This document shows, piece after piece, positions 24,505-35,499 of a DNA stretch of 64,000 bases (its first letter is position 1; each line of letters begins with the position of its first letter). Made by a program: the position numbers and the translations under genes. The stretch covers positions 124,001 through 188,000 of the forward strand of contig CAXLNC010000593.1 in NCBI GenBank assembly GCA_964187785.1, read 5' to 3'. The notes beneath the pieces were generated by a model, which searched no databases, was not told the origin of the DNA, and saw nothing but the letters and a program-made list of their open reading frames with translations. The DNA is from Amphiscolops sp. MND2022 (Eukaryota).

Positions 24505-24867
24505 TTACTCCACGAGATTGACCAGATCTCGGTATTCGCGATCTCCTCGCCTCCCGGGGAACTTCTTCTCGACTTTGTCGAGTAGAAAGTCGAACAAAAT
24601 TGTCCAAGACAAGGTTCTCGGAGAAATCGTAAGATATTCTGGACGATATGTGTCGCGGCTAAACATGTCAACAAAGATGTCTTCGCCGTCCAACCAGCAT
24701 TTGATGTAATCCAAGCGTACTGGCCGTGTGTAACCAGGGAGGGGCCACTCATAGTACAACTTTCGGAAGGCCATTCTACAAAAAGTGTTGGAGTAGAAGT
24801 CTTTGAAAGGATTTGAATTATGAAACGTTAAATCTTCTCCGTTAGATGAAAGCTCAATTTTATTCAT
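24505..24867 (-). CDS. Orphan ORF (120 aa), single copy in window; possibly prematurely terminated
   Basis: ATG start, coding-like composition, aromatic-rich (LYYEWPLPGYTRPVRLDYIKCWLDG). No recognisable domain. Confidence 0.45.
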   Translation of the reverse strand: MNKIELSSNGEDLTFHNSNPFKDFYSNTFCRMAFRKLYYEWPLPGYTRPVRLDYIKCWLDGEDIFVDMFSRDTYRPEYLTISPRTLSWTILFDFLLDKVEKKFPGRRGDREYRDLVNLVE

Positions 24868-24904
24868 AAGATCTTAGCTGAATTCGCTAAGTTTAGTTTC
24901 AGTT

Positions 24905-25268
24905 TACATTCGCGGTTTTTTTTCAAACAAAACTGATTAAAGAAATTCAGATATCAATTCGTGGTTTTTTTTCGAACAAAACTGATTAAAGAAATTCAGA
25001 TATCAATTCGTGGTTCTTTTTCAAACAAAACTGATTCAAGAAATTCCGAGATCAATCCGTGCTTCTTTTTTTTCAAACAAAACTGATTCAAAAAATTCCG
25101 AGATCAATCCGTGGTTCTTTTTCAAACAAAACTAATTCAAGAAATTCCGAGATCAATTCGTGGTTCTTTTTCGAACAAAACTGATTAAAGAAATTCCGAG
25201 ATCAATTCGTGGTTCTTTTTCAAACAAAACTAATTCAAGAAATTCCGAGATCAATTCGTGGTTCTTTA
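24905..25268. repeat. R49 minisatellite
   Basis: ~7 copies of the 49-bp unit. Confidence 0.92.
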
Positions 25269-25349
25269 TAAAATGAACACTGCATTTGAAAACCTTGTAT
25301 TTTAGTCAGAATTTCCTAATACAGAGAAACATTTACTTCAAGACTTCTA

Positions 25350-25440
25350 CTTCTGTTGGTCAGAGAGAGGAAGAGCGGGAGAGGGAGGCAGGCAGGCAGA
25401 GGAAGAAAAGTAGAGAGAGAGAGAGCGAGATAGAGGGCAG
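25350..25440. repeat. GA-rich low-complexity/microsatellite
   Basis: gagagaggaagagcgggagagggaggcaggcaggcag...gagagagagaga. Confidence 0.7.
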
Positions 25441-25589
25441 ATTTTATACAGATTTGAGTGTGAGCAGATTCAAGTGTAGGCGTTAATCAGATGCGTGTAA
25501 ACGTTAATCAAACCATATGGTGAATGAACTTTGTTCAGTGTTTTCTTTCAAACTTTTGCTCGCTTCTGATTGGCTGAAATGGTGTTATC

Positions 25590-26740
25590 TTCAATTAAAT
25601 GAAACGATATGATATTTTGATTAATGTAAGCAATACGTTAAAATTCAATTACCTCAAATTTCAGCAACTTTAGTTAATTTTAATTCGAAATGCGTTTGGA
25701 TATAAATATTTTCCAATTAGCAATAGGTGTAGAAGCTGCATGATCAAGAGTAAAATAGTGATGAAATTATCTTCTGCCGAACAATTAAATGAAACGATAT
25801 GATATTTTGATTAATGTAAGCAATACGTTAAAATTCAATTACCTCAAATTTCAGCAACTTGAGTTAATTTTAATTCGAAATGCGTTTGGATATAATTACT
25901 TTCCAATTAGCAATAGGTGTAGACGTTGCATGATCAAGAGTAAAATAGTGATGAAATTACCTTCTGTCGAATGATTAAATGAAACGATTTGATATTTTGA
26001 ATAATGTAAGCAATACGTTAAAATCGTGGTAATCCAAACGTGCTTGTTGGGGGAAGGATAACAAAAGACGAGCTTTCAATAATTTTCACTGAAGAAATTC
26101 GGAATAAAAAATGACTAAGACCTCATGAATCAAACTACAATTCAGAGCAAACAGCTAGTTAGTTGATATTCGATTAAAAAATTTACTTGCTAGTATTCCG
26201 AGAACGTTTGATAAAATTGTTCTTTTTCCAGAAATGCTTCCTGTCGAAAATGCAGACAAAGTGGCAGAACCAGAATCAAACTACAATTCAGTGCAAACAG
26301 CTAGTCAGCAAGTGCCCGACGCCAGCAAGTCCAATTTGTGCTTCATTCGCAAAAAAAACATTCTTCAAGAAATTCCGAGTTCAATTTGTGTTTTTTTTCA
26401 TATAAAATTAGAAATTCCTAGTTCAATCGGTGGTTCACTTCTAAATAAAATAGGTTTCAGTAATTCACGCCATGATGTTTTTCATTTTTAGGAAATTAAA
26501 ACAATTTTTGAGTGCAATTGCTATCACGACTTCAAAATAAATAGATTCGTCTTTTTGGAACCAATTAAAAAACTCTTCCCTTATTTGATATAACCGTTGT
26601 TTCAAACGCGAAGTTCAGTCCCCTCCGGTGCTGAATTTGTCTTGCATTCAGTTCTTGTCGTATGTTTTCGTCGTCCATACGTTCTTTTTTGCGGTGTCGT
26701 TTCATACTTTTTCTCTTAGGTGTCCCATTTTGTATTTAGG
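25590..26740. repeat. Module paralogous to ~59720-60790 (internal ~190-bp tandem dimer, AHZ-type exon, truncated R66 cassette)
   Basis: caattaaatgaaacgatatgat... at 25592 and 25782. The same text follows through to the R66 leader in both places. Confidence 0.85.
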
Positions 26741-27257
26741 GGGGATATCTTGACATAAATCAATTTCCAAACTATTCTCGACGAATTTCGAATTAGAATC
26801 GATTTGATTTTTCTTGATTGGAAAAGGCCGGCAAGCACTTCAGTGATTGATAATAACAATCAATTAACATACATACAATACTTCAAAAGCGATTCGATGA
26901 AAAGGTAATACTATCACCCGAATAGTCTTGATTAACTTTCGCTATACTCAAGGTTGCTGCGGTTTAGTTTCTTACACTGACTTTGAGACTGTTGGCTTGT
27001 TTTTCTCACTAGATTGTAATGATGCGGTAATTAAAGGGTAGCTGAACAAAGACATGTACCGTCTTGGCTTGATTTATGTACAACTCGCTAGTTTGCACGC
27101 TTCGCTTTGTTTCCGATGCTTTTTTTCCAAGTTGGTATTTCGATAGGACAGTCGAATCCACTCTTTAAATTGAGAGTTCAGTATTTCTCACTGCCATTCT
27201 ACAATTCAGTTGCCAAATTTCAAATTCCATTTTCTTTTGCTCACTTTTTACTTGAAG

Positions 27258-27422
27258 ATGCCCCAATGTGTAGTCTGCCAAGATGTGGAGGGTAGTTACG
27301 CCCTCCACGACCAGCATTTCATTTGCTGCTGTTGTCGCGATCGTTGGATCGACGTGTTAGACAGAGAGAACGCTCGTGCCCGTGTCATTAGAGGCAAACT
27401 GGAAGTAAAGTGTCCAGTTTGA
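27258..27422 (+). pseudogene. RING-finger-like relic
   Basis: MPQCVVC...HDQHFICCCC...KCPV*RK fits the C-x2-C..H-x2/3-C-x2-C..C-x2-C pattern, with the last Cys codon replaced by TGA (27420-27422). Confidence 0.55.
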
Positions 27423-29569
27423 AGGAAAGCATGTATTTTAAGAAAAGGACGCCGATCGAGCAGCGTGTATCTGTTCTTCGGATTCAGGATCCGATAACAT
27501 TTTATTCAACTCATTTATTCGCATGTAAACTACTTATGTTTTTCGGTTCAATTTATTTTAATCTTTCTTATTTCGTTTTGTATCATCCAAAAATTACCCA
27601 CCATTTTGATCAGTCACCCAGAATTCTCATTTACGACTTTGGTAAGTTTCAGTTCATTATAATAACATTCAAAAAGAATTTTGGTTTTTTATATCAACAC
27701 ATTTGCCTTTTCAGAGTTATTTTAATAACTGGGGAGATTCTTTTCAAAACAAAACTGATTAAGGAAATTCCGAGAATAAGTCGTGGTTCTTCTTAAACAA
27801 AATAAGTTTGAAGAAATTCCGAGTTTAATTCATAATTATTTTGCCAAATAATGTTCGTTGGAAGGAAAACAACTGGATTCGTTTTTTTTGGAATCATTTA
27901 AAAAACTCTTCCCATATTTGATATGACTGTTGTTTCAAACGCGAAGTTCGGTACCCTCCGGCGCTAATTTTGTCTAAATGTAGTCTCACAATGTCTTCAA
28001 AAAATTGTTTTCGCTAACTTATTAGATTTCCACTTAGTTGTAGTATCAGAATGTCTTCAAAAATTTTTTTTTCAAACACTTGTCAGAATTCTGGCTCAGT
28101 TGTAGTCTCAGAATGTCTTTAAAGAACTTTTTTCACTAACATCAGAATTTTCGGTAATTTCTTCTACCCGTGTTCTGAGAGAAAACAACGAATCTTAACT
28201 TGGAAACTTGAGGAAAGAAAAGAAACTTAGAAAAAAGTAAGAAAGGAATTTCCCTAATAAATTGAATGAAAACCAATCACTAATTAGTCAAAACATTCAG
28301 TTCATATCCCGATTACTGTCAAACATTTCGAAATCAAGCATCATTCGTGTCAGTTTGTTTGTTTTGTTGCAGTTAAAGCTGCCTAAACTGCCTAAAAGCT
28401 TGCGGTGAATGTTTACTCAGTTACGTAACTGTAACATTCTGAGAATTTTCAGCCAATCAGAATCGAGTAAAAGTTTGGACAAAAGCTTCCGCCATTAAAT
28501 CAGTTGTCATTCTGTACCGTATAAAGTCAACACTCTAGTGTAATTCGATTAATTCTATTAACAGTAATTCTAATAATTCTACGTGTATTAATGAAGCTCC
28601 GCTCAAGAAGAATCCTTGAAAACAGTTAGTTGAAGTTCAGTTGAAGTTTTTTTAAAAGCTTTTAATGTTCCTATCAAAACAATGTGAGTTCGAAAGTGTA
28701 AAAAAACTGATTCATTTTATCTGTAATGCTCATACTTTTTTCAGTGATTATTTTGAATTGTGAAAGATTTGGAACACTAAAACTTTCGGATAGTTTCTGT
28801 TAATCCCCTCCCAGTAAGCGAAATATTCTTAATCCCCCCAGTATTAGCAATGAGATTCAGTTGCAGTTAGAGTTATGAACAAAATATAGTAATATAGAGT
28901 AAAAAAAACTGGGGTCGGTGGGGGGGGGGGTTGTTGTTGGCTGTTAAATCCGTGGGGGGGAGGGGGGAATTAAATAAAAAGATCCAAACTTTCTCGTAAA
29001 CATTTTGTATTTATGTTTTTTGAAACTAATGTCTTTTTAAAATTGTTTGCCCTTATGTTATTTGTGAATTCACCTTTTGTAGGATTTGAAATTCATTTTA
29101 ATGCATTCTCATTACAATTTTAGTGTCAACTACTTTTGGCAATCACGTTGATTTTTTTCTTAGCTAGCTGCTTAGCTAGTCACAGTATATTAGAGTACAA
29201 ACCATCTCATCCTAAGGCAATAAAAAATTTAGCCGAAATGTTTCATGTTGTCGCAGTCTTTTATCTAGAATATATTACTCATAATTATAATCATTCCGAG
29301 CCCAAAAGCTTGAAATATTTTTTTAATGCAATCTGAGTTGAAAAAGACATTTGGAAAACGCAATGACAATTACGCATAGAGGGGGGTGGTTCAAGATCCA
29401 AAATTGACTGCAAGAAACGCCAAATAATGTAGATTTTCAGTTTTGAAATGTCTCTTTTCGCGGGAATTATAAATGAAAACAGGAAAATCACTTCAAATTC
29501 AAAGATATACAAAGGGTTTTTTAAAGAAACTCTCTGAAAGAGTTGTTTTTAACTTGTTTCAATTTCTAG

Positions 29570-32450
29570 AAGACTGTGTCCACGCGGCTGTGACTCCTCC
29601 AGCCCCCCTTCCCCAGCACCCATCTAGACACCTCGCACTCCTCAAAGGTCACCGCGTGCTGCCAATAGGAAACCAGGTTCGTTTTTTTCGCTTCATATAG
29701 TGTTTGAAACATAAATATTTCAACATACAAGTTTCCTTTGTGAAACATTTTCGAGACTAATGCGTTCTATAGTTTCTTCATTGTCATCCTAATGAAACAC
29801 TATAGGGGAGCGTTAGTATGAAATTGTTACGATTATATTTTGAAACAAGTTACTATGAATTAACTTATTTTCATAACCGAATGCAATTGCAGAAATTCTG
29901 GTTCCAAGTTTCAATAATCACCTGTTGTTATATATTTCATGTTTCAATGTTATCATCGACAAATGTCCTCGTTCAACAATTTCGAGACCAGGGTTCAATT
30001 TGTCTTTTCATTATAATTTAGATGAATATACATTGTGTCCCCTTAGTCTGAAGGTGTTACGATATTGTTTTATAATTTTAGTTACGATATATTTTTTGAA
30101 CTTAGACCCCCTTGTTGCTGGAAGCAGTGCTGGAACTATATGAACACTCTATTTTAGCACCAGTGTTGATTCTCAGACTAAATGCGTCGCGTTTGACTAT
30201 CTTTTTGGTTTGAATTATGTGTTTTTGGAACGAAACAACTTTGGTAAATCACTTAGCCCTGTCCTGAGAGTGTTCGAATTATCATTTCAGTTTTTTTTAA
30301 ATTTTTCAGTGTCCTCGGAGTGTGTTTCCCCGCGGTGTTCGGCTGAGGGACGGACCGCCCCAAGGTGCCGTTCGCCAAGGCGTTTATCAATAAGAAGAAC
30401 GACTCATTCGCCCACCAGCAGGCGCCATGCTACTCGCAAACGAATTGGTTAATTCTACTTTCATACATTTGCAAAAAAGTACTTGAAGACATTCTGAGAA
30501 TGGTTAATTTCAACTTTCATATTTGATTTGCCTCCCTTTTCCTTCACAAAAAAATTACTTTGATGCTTATTCGAAATTCGTCGAGATTTCTAAGGTCTCA
30601 AAAAACTATTTAAAGACGTTCCGAGAACATTGTTTGAAATTGTTTTTTTTTGTAAATAGAAATGCGGATTCAGCCGGAAAACGCCGCCAAGGATAATCGA
30701 GCTGAGGAGAAAACTCATCAAAAAGAAAATAGAAATGGCGAAAAACAGTGCGACGCAAAAGCTGCAAACGAAATGATAAGAAAAATAAAAGAAAGTCTTA
30801 GAAAACTCTCAGTAAAAATAAAATTCGTTTTTAGAAACGGCGAGAAACAGGGCGACACAAAAAAAAGCTTCCCAAGAAATTATAAGAAAAAGGAGAGAAA
30901 GGCTTGCTTTTGAAAATGGTTAATTTCAACTCATATTCGATTCAAATAATTACTTGACCGTATTCTGAGACCCTTGTATAAATTTGTTTTTTTTTTCTAG
31001 AAATAGAATCCCAAATGGCATCCCACGTGCAAGAAAGACAAAAAATCGCAGCTTCTGTACAAAGCACCACTGAGCAAGCGCCCGACGGTTAATTTCAACT
31101 TTCATATTCGATTTGAAAGGTAACTTGAAGGTATTCCTAGAAAGTTGCAACCTACTCATAAAAGTAACTTGAATGTAAACTGAGAACTATGAATAAAATT
31201 GTTGTTTTTTTCTAGAGATGCAAGTATGGGCTCCCGAGGAGATGGCCCCTGGCTCTAGTTCTACACCTCGTCATCCCCCTTCAATTGGAGGTATATTTCA
31301 AAATATTATTTTTTAAAACAAATCCCCCACCACCGAAAAATCAAACAAACAATGAAATGGACCCTATAAGGTGTAGTAATAAATTCTCATCATCGAGAAA
31401 AAAACACAAGTTTGTTTCAGTAATAATAGCTCTTAATATTCGCTGTTAATAGAAATATTATTAATAGAAACTTGGTAAATATCATTTTGAAATGAACTGT
31501 ATTTTTTTCTACGTTTAGAGAACACAGCGGAAATTATTGCGCTGTGTCTGGACGAGGAAAACATGGACGAGGAACGAGAAATGCTCAATGGTAAAGTAAA
31601 CCTTACTTCTAGAAGTACATTTATCGCGTTTTTGTTCTAATTTCTCAGTATTGTCCTAGTGTTTTTGAAAAAGGATCCAGGAAAAAACTATTTCATTTAT
31701 TGAGCTATAACTTCGAGTTTTGTCACGCATTTTGTTTCATATTCTGTAAAACAAAGTTCTCTCAGTTGGAATCTTCTGAAAAAACTTTTGCAGACCTTCT
31801 GATAACGTTCCGTTGATTGAAACTGTTTTTCTTCTTTCAGTTCATCCCAGTGCAAGAAGAAGAAGAAGAAGAAGAAGAAGAAGAAGAAGAAGACTATTTT
31901 GAAGAAGAAGAAGACAAAGAAGAGCAACAACCGACGAAAAGGAAGCGCGGGCGCCCCCGAAAGGGCGAAGTGGTGAAAAAACAGACAAAAATAATATGAA
32001 GAGGCCCCCAGAAGCCAGAGAATGAATACCGCATGAGTTCTGAGTACTCGAGAAAAACAAAAACCAAAATTGAGGAACAGGAGACGACGAAGTTGCAGAC
32101 ACCACTGTATACTCTGCGGGGAGGAGGTGGTGACCTCGAACATTGTCAGGCACCTCTCCTTGAGCCACTGCTACCCGCTAAAGTTGCGGAGTTACATCTT
32201 AGATGTAACCCGAATCCGCCACCAACAACAGGGCAAGCACCCCATTATTAATGACTGTACTACCTGTCTTCGGCGCTTTGTGGTGACTCGTGCCCACCGT
32301 CACCATTCCATTGATTGTGTTTTGACTGAAGTTCCTGATTTCACGAGCCTTGATGGTCTTTGTCTTAGGGCAAAGGCCATCATGGCTGTCTGTAATGGGG
32401 ACTTGAACAACGCGTTTGAACTCCTCAAGGAAGAGTTGGGGAGAGACTAA
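29570..32450 (+). pseudogene. AHZ gene copy C, disrupted
   Basis: Phase-1 exons at ~29570-29676, ~30310-30447, ~31001-31088, 31216-31290, ~31519-31590 and 31841-32450. The last exon has a 5-bp deletion, (GAA)12, AT-hook KRKRGRPRK, an in-frame TGA and a 2-bp deletion. Confidence 0.85.
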
Positions 32451-32999
32451 ATTACTTTAGCCTCTCCTTCTGATTTTTTCATATTTTCTTCCAGATCATC
32501 GATAACATTCAATCCACGTTTTTCAGATTATTTTGTGGAAAAAAAAGTCTTCAAGAAATTCCGAGTTCACTTCGTGGTTCTTTTTTGATTAAAATATTTC
32601 ATTTTGTGTTTTTTTTTCAATGAATATTAGTTTAAGGAGATTCCAAGTCCAATTTGTGGTTCATTTCCAAAAAACAGCCTTTAAGAAATTCCGAGTTCAA
32701 TTTGTGTTTTTCCCAAAGAAAATTATTTCGAGGAAATTCCAAGTCCAATTTGTGCTTCATTCGCAAAAAAACAGTCTTCAAGAAATTCCGAGTTCAATTT
32801 GTGTTTTTTTTTCATATAAAATTAGTTCAAAGAAATTCCTAGTTAAACTGATGGTTCACTTCTAAATAAAATAGGTTTCAGTAATTTACGCCATGATGTT
32901 TTTCATTTTTAAGAAATTAAAATAATTTTTGAGTGCAATTGCTGTCACGATTTCAAAATAATTAGATTCGTCTTTTTGGAACCAATTAAAAAACTCTTC

Positions 33000-33680
33000 C
33001 CTTATTTGATATAACCGTTGTTTCAAACGCGAAATTCAGTCCCCTCCGGTGCTAATTTTGTCTTGCATTCAGTTCTTGTCGTCCGTACGTTCTTTTTTGC
33101 GGTGTCGTTATATACTTTTTTCGGTTGTCCCATTTTACTTTTAGGGTTCCATACGTTCTTTTTTGCGGTGTCGTTTCATACTTTTTTCGTTGTCCCATTT
33201 TACTTTTAGGCCTCCATACGCTTTTTTGCGGTGTCGTTTCATACTTTTTTTTCGGTTGTCCCATTTTACTTTTAGGGCTTACATACGCTTTTTTGCGGTG
33301 TAGTTTCATACTTTTTTCGGTTGTCCCATTTTACTTTTAGGCTTCCATATGCTTTTTTTGCGGTGTAGTTTCATACTTTTTTCGGTTGTCCCATTTTACT
33401 TTTAGGCTTCCATACGCTTTTTTGCGGTGTCGTTTCATACTTTTTTCGGTTGTCCCCTTTTACTTTTAGGCTTCCATACGTTCTTTTTTGCGGTGTCGTT
33501 TCTCATACTTTCTTCGGTTGTCCCGTTTTTTTGTCTTTCGGTTGTCCATGTCTTTTTTGCGGTGTCATGCCATACATACTTTCCCGTTTTCGACTTACCC
33601 CCGACTATGCCCCCCCCCCAGCCCACTGACTTCTTTCCCACTGACTATCCCCACCCCCACAGCACCCGTCCTCTCCTTTT
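33000..33680. repeat. R66 cassette, subtype B
   Basis: Leader, ~7 units and C-rich tail. Confidence 0.9.
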
Positions 33681-35379
33681 ATCAATTTTATTTTAGCAAT
33701 TTATATCAATTTATATTAGCAATTTATGTCAATTTAAATTAGCAATTTGTCCTGTTTATTCGCAATTATTTAGAAGAGAATTAAATTACTTAGTAATCAC
33801 ATTTTTCAAATAGTGTTTTTAATGAGACGAGGATAACACTCTAGACATTGGTAAAAAAAGTTCAAGTTTGTCCATTCGAAACAACTCTTAGTATAACTTA
33901 GTTGATTGGCCCAATTTCGCAGGTAATGAAAATTTAGAGCAGTTTCAAGTGAAAGTCATCAGATTTAATCATCAAATTTCATCACTATCAGATTTAATTA
34001 GGTAATAATTTAGGTTCAAAATGTTTTCGGAAAGTGCTTTATGAGAAAACAATACACGATACAAAATATTCTCAAAAAACAAAACAATAGTCTCAACTTT
34101 TTGGAACAATTTTTTCTTCAAATTAAAATTTCTCACTGAGGAATGAAATCCTCACTCGGTTTTCGTCTCCGAATTTCTTCAACACAATTTTTTTCACTGA
34201 CCAATCAGAAACCTCGCTCTGTTTCAGACTCAGAATATCTTCAAAATAATTTTTCTTCAAAAACATTTCCATGATATTCTGAATTGTACATTTAGTTCAT
34301 ATCCCGAATACTGTCAATAGTTTCAAAATAAAGCATCAATCATGGCTTGTGACTTGCCACTGGTTGCCAGCCAGTGACCTCAGTTTGTTTGTTTTTGCTT
34401 ACGCACGCATCTCTCTGGTGGTGCCAAAGTCTACAATCATGATGTATATGTTTACTCAGAATTTTCAGCCAATCAGAATCGAGTAAAAGTTTGGACAAAA
34501 ACTTCCGCCATTAAATCAGTTGTCATTCTGTACCGTTCAAAATTGTGTCACTTCATTTTTCGTCCAATTTATCAGTTCGCTCTAACGAGAATCGTAATTT
34601 CAATAAATTTGCCTCAGACTTTGCATCTTTCAAAAACTTTGCCACCATCATTATTTTTTGCCTGATTTAGATAGTCAATTCAATCATGAAACTGTGGTCC
34701 CGAATAGTTCCAATAATTCAAAACAGTAAGTTAGTTCACATTTAGTTTAAATGTTTTTTTAAGTTTCAAATAACACAAAAATTATATGATTTTCACTAAT
34801 CATAAAAATGAAATTTGACAACTTACAGCTTGTTCGGCATTTCTGAGACCAGGACCTCGCCTTGGTTTCGTCATTTTTAATTCCATGAATAAACCAGGTG
34901 GGTCCTAGTCACAAACTGTTCCGATATTGTGTTTGTTTTGTTTCATATGTTTCGATGATATCAATCACAATTGTCCTCGTTCAACATTTTCGAGACCAGG
35001 GTTTACTTTGTATTTTCATTATACTTTAGATGAATATACATTGTGTCCCCTGTCTGAAGGTGTTACGGTATTTTTTTCTATCATAGTTACGATATATTTT
35101 TGAACTTAGACGCTTTTGTTGCTCGAAGCAGTGCAGGAACTATATTGACACTCCATTATAGAGCTAGTATTGATTGTCTGTCTAAATGCGTCGCGTTTGA
35201 CTTTCTTTTACGATGAATTCGTTTGGAACATTGAGGTTTTATTTTTATTTTTTTTTCTTGAACGTATGCATATTACAATATGACAATTATCAAAAAAATG
35301 AAGTAACAAAAACGTCCAAGCAGGACAGAAAAGGAGCATAATCAGCTTCTTCGAGTTTCTGCATGCCATTGTTCCTTAA

Positions 35380-35414
35380 ATCTCTGCAAAATCGGTCCTA
35401 TATCGCTACTGATT
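35380..35414 (+). other. 35-bp fragment of the 180-bp satellite monomer inside non-satellite sequence
   Basis: atctctgcaaaatcggtcctatatcgctactgatt followed by ataaagaaaatagaaatggtg, the same continuation as after the satellite end at 4128. Confidence 0.9.
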
Positions 35415-35499
35415 ATAAAGAAAATAGAAATGGTGAACAAACACTTTTGCAGACATTCTGGTAACGTCCTGTTGAAAGAAATTGTTTTTTGTCTTTCAG

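Noticed and set aside
27420-27422. Selenocysteine reading of TGA at Cys positions (RING; also 14620)
   Set aside because: The AHZ paralogs have Cys at the 14620 position, no SECIS was evident, and a single-base nonsense change explains both.
29136-29336. Secreted-protein-like ORF (MAITLIFFLASCLA..)
   Set aside because: It is short, and the paralog at ~10115-10310 has stops; insufficient support.
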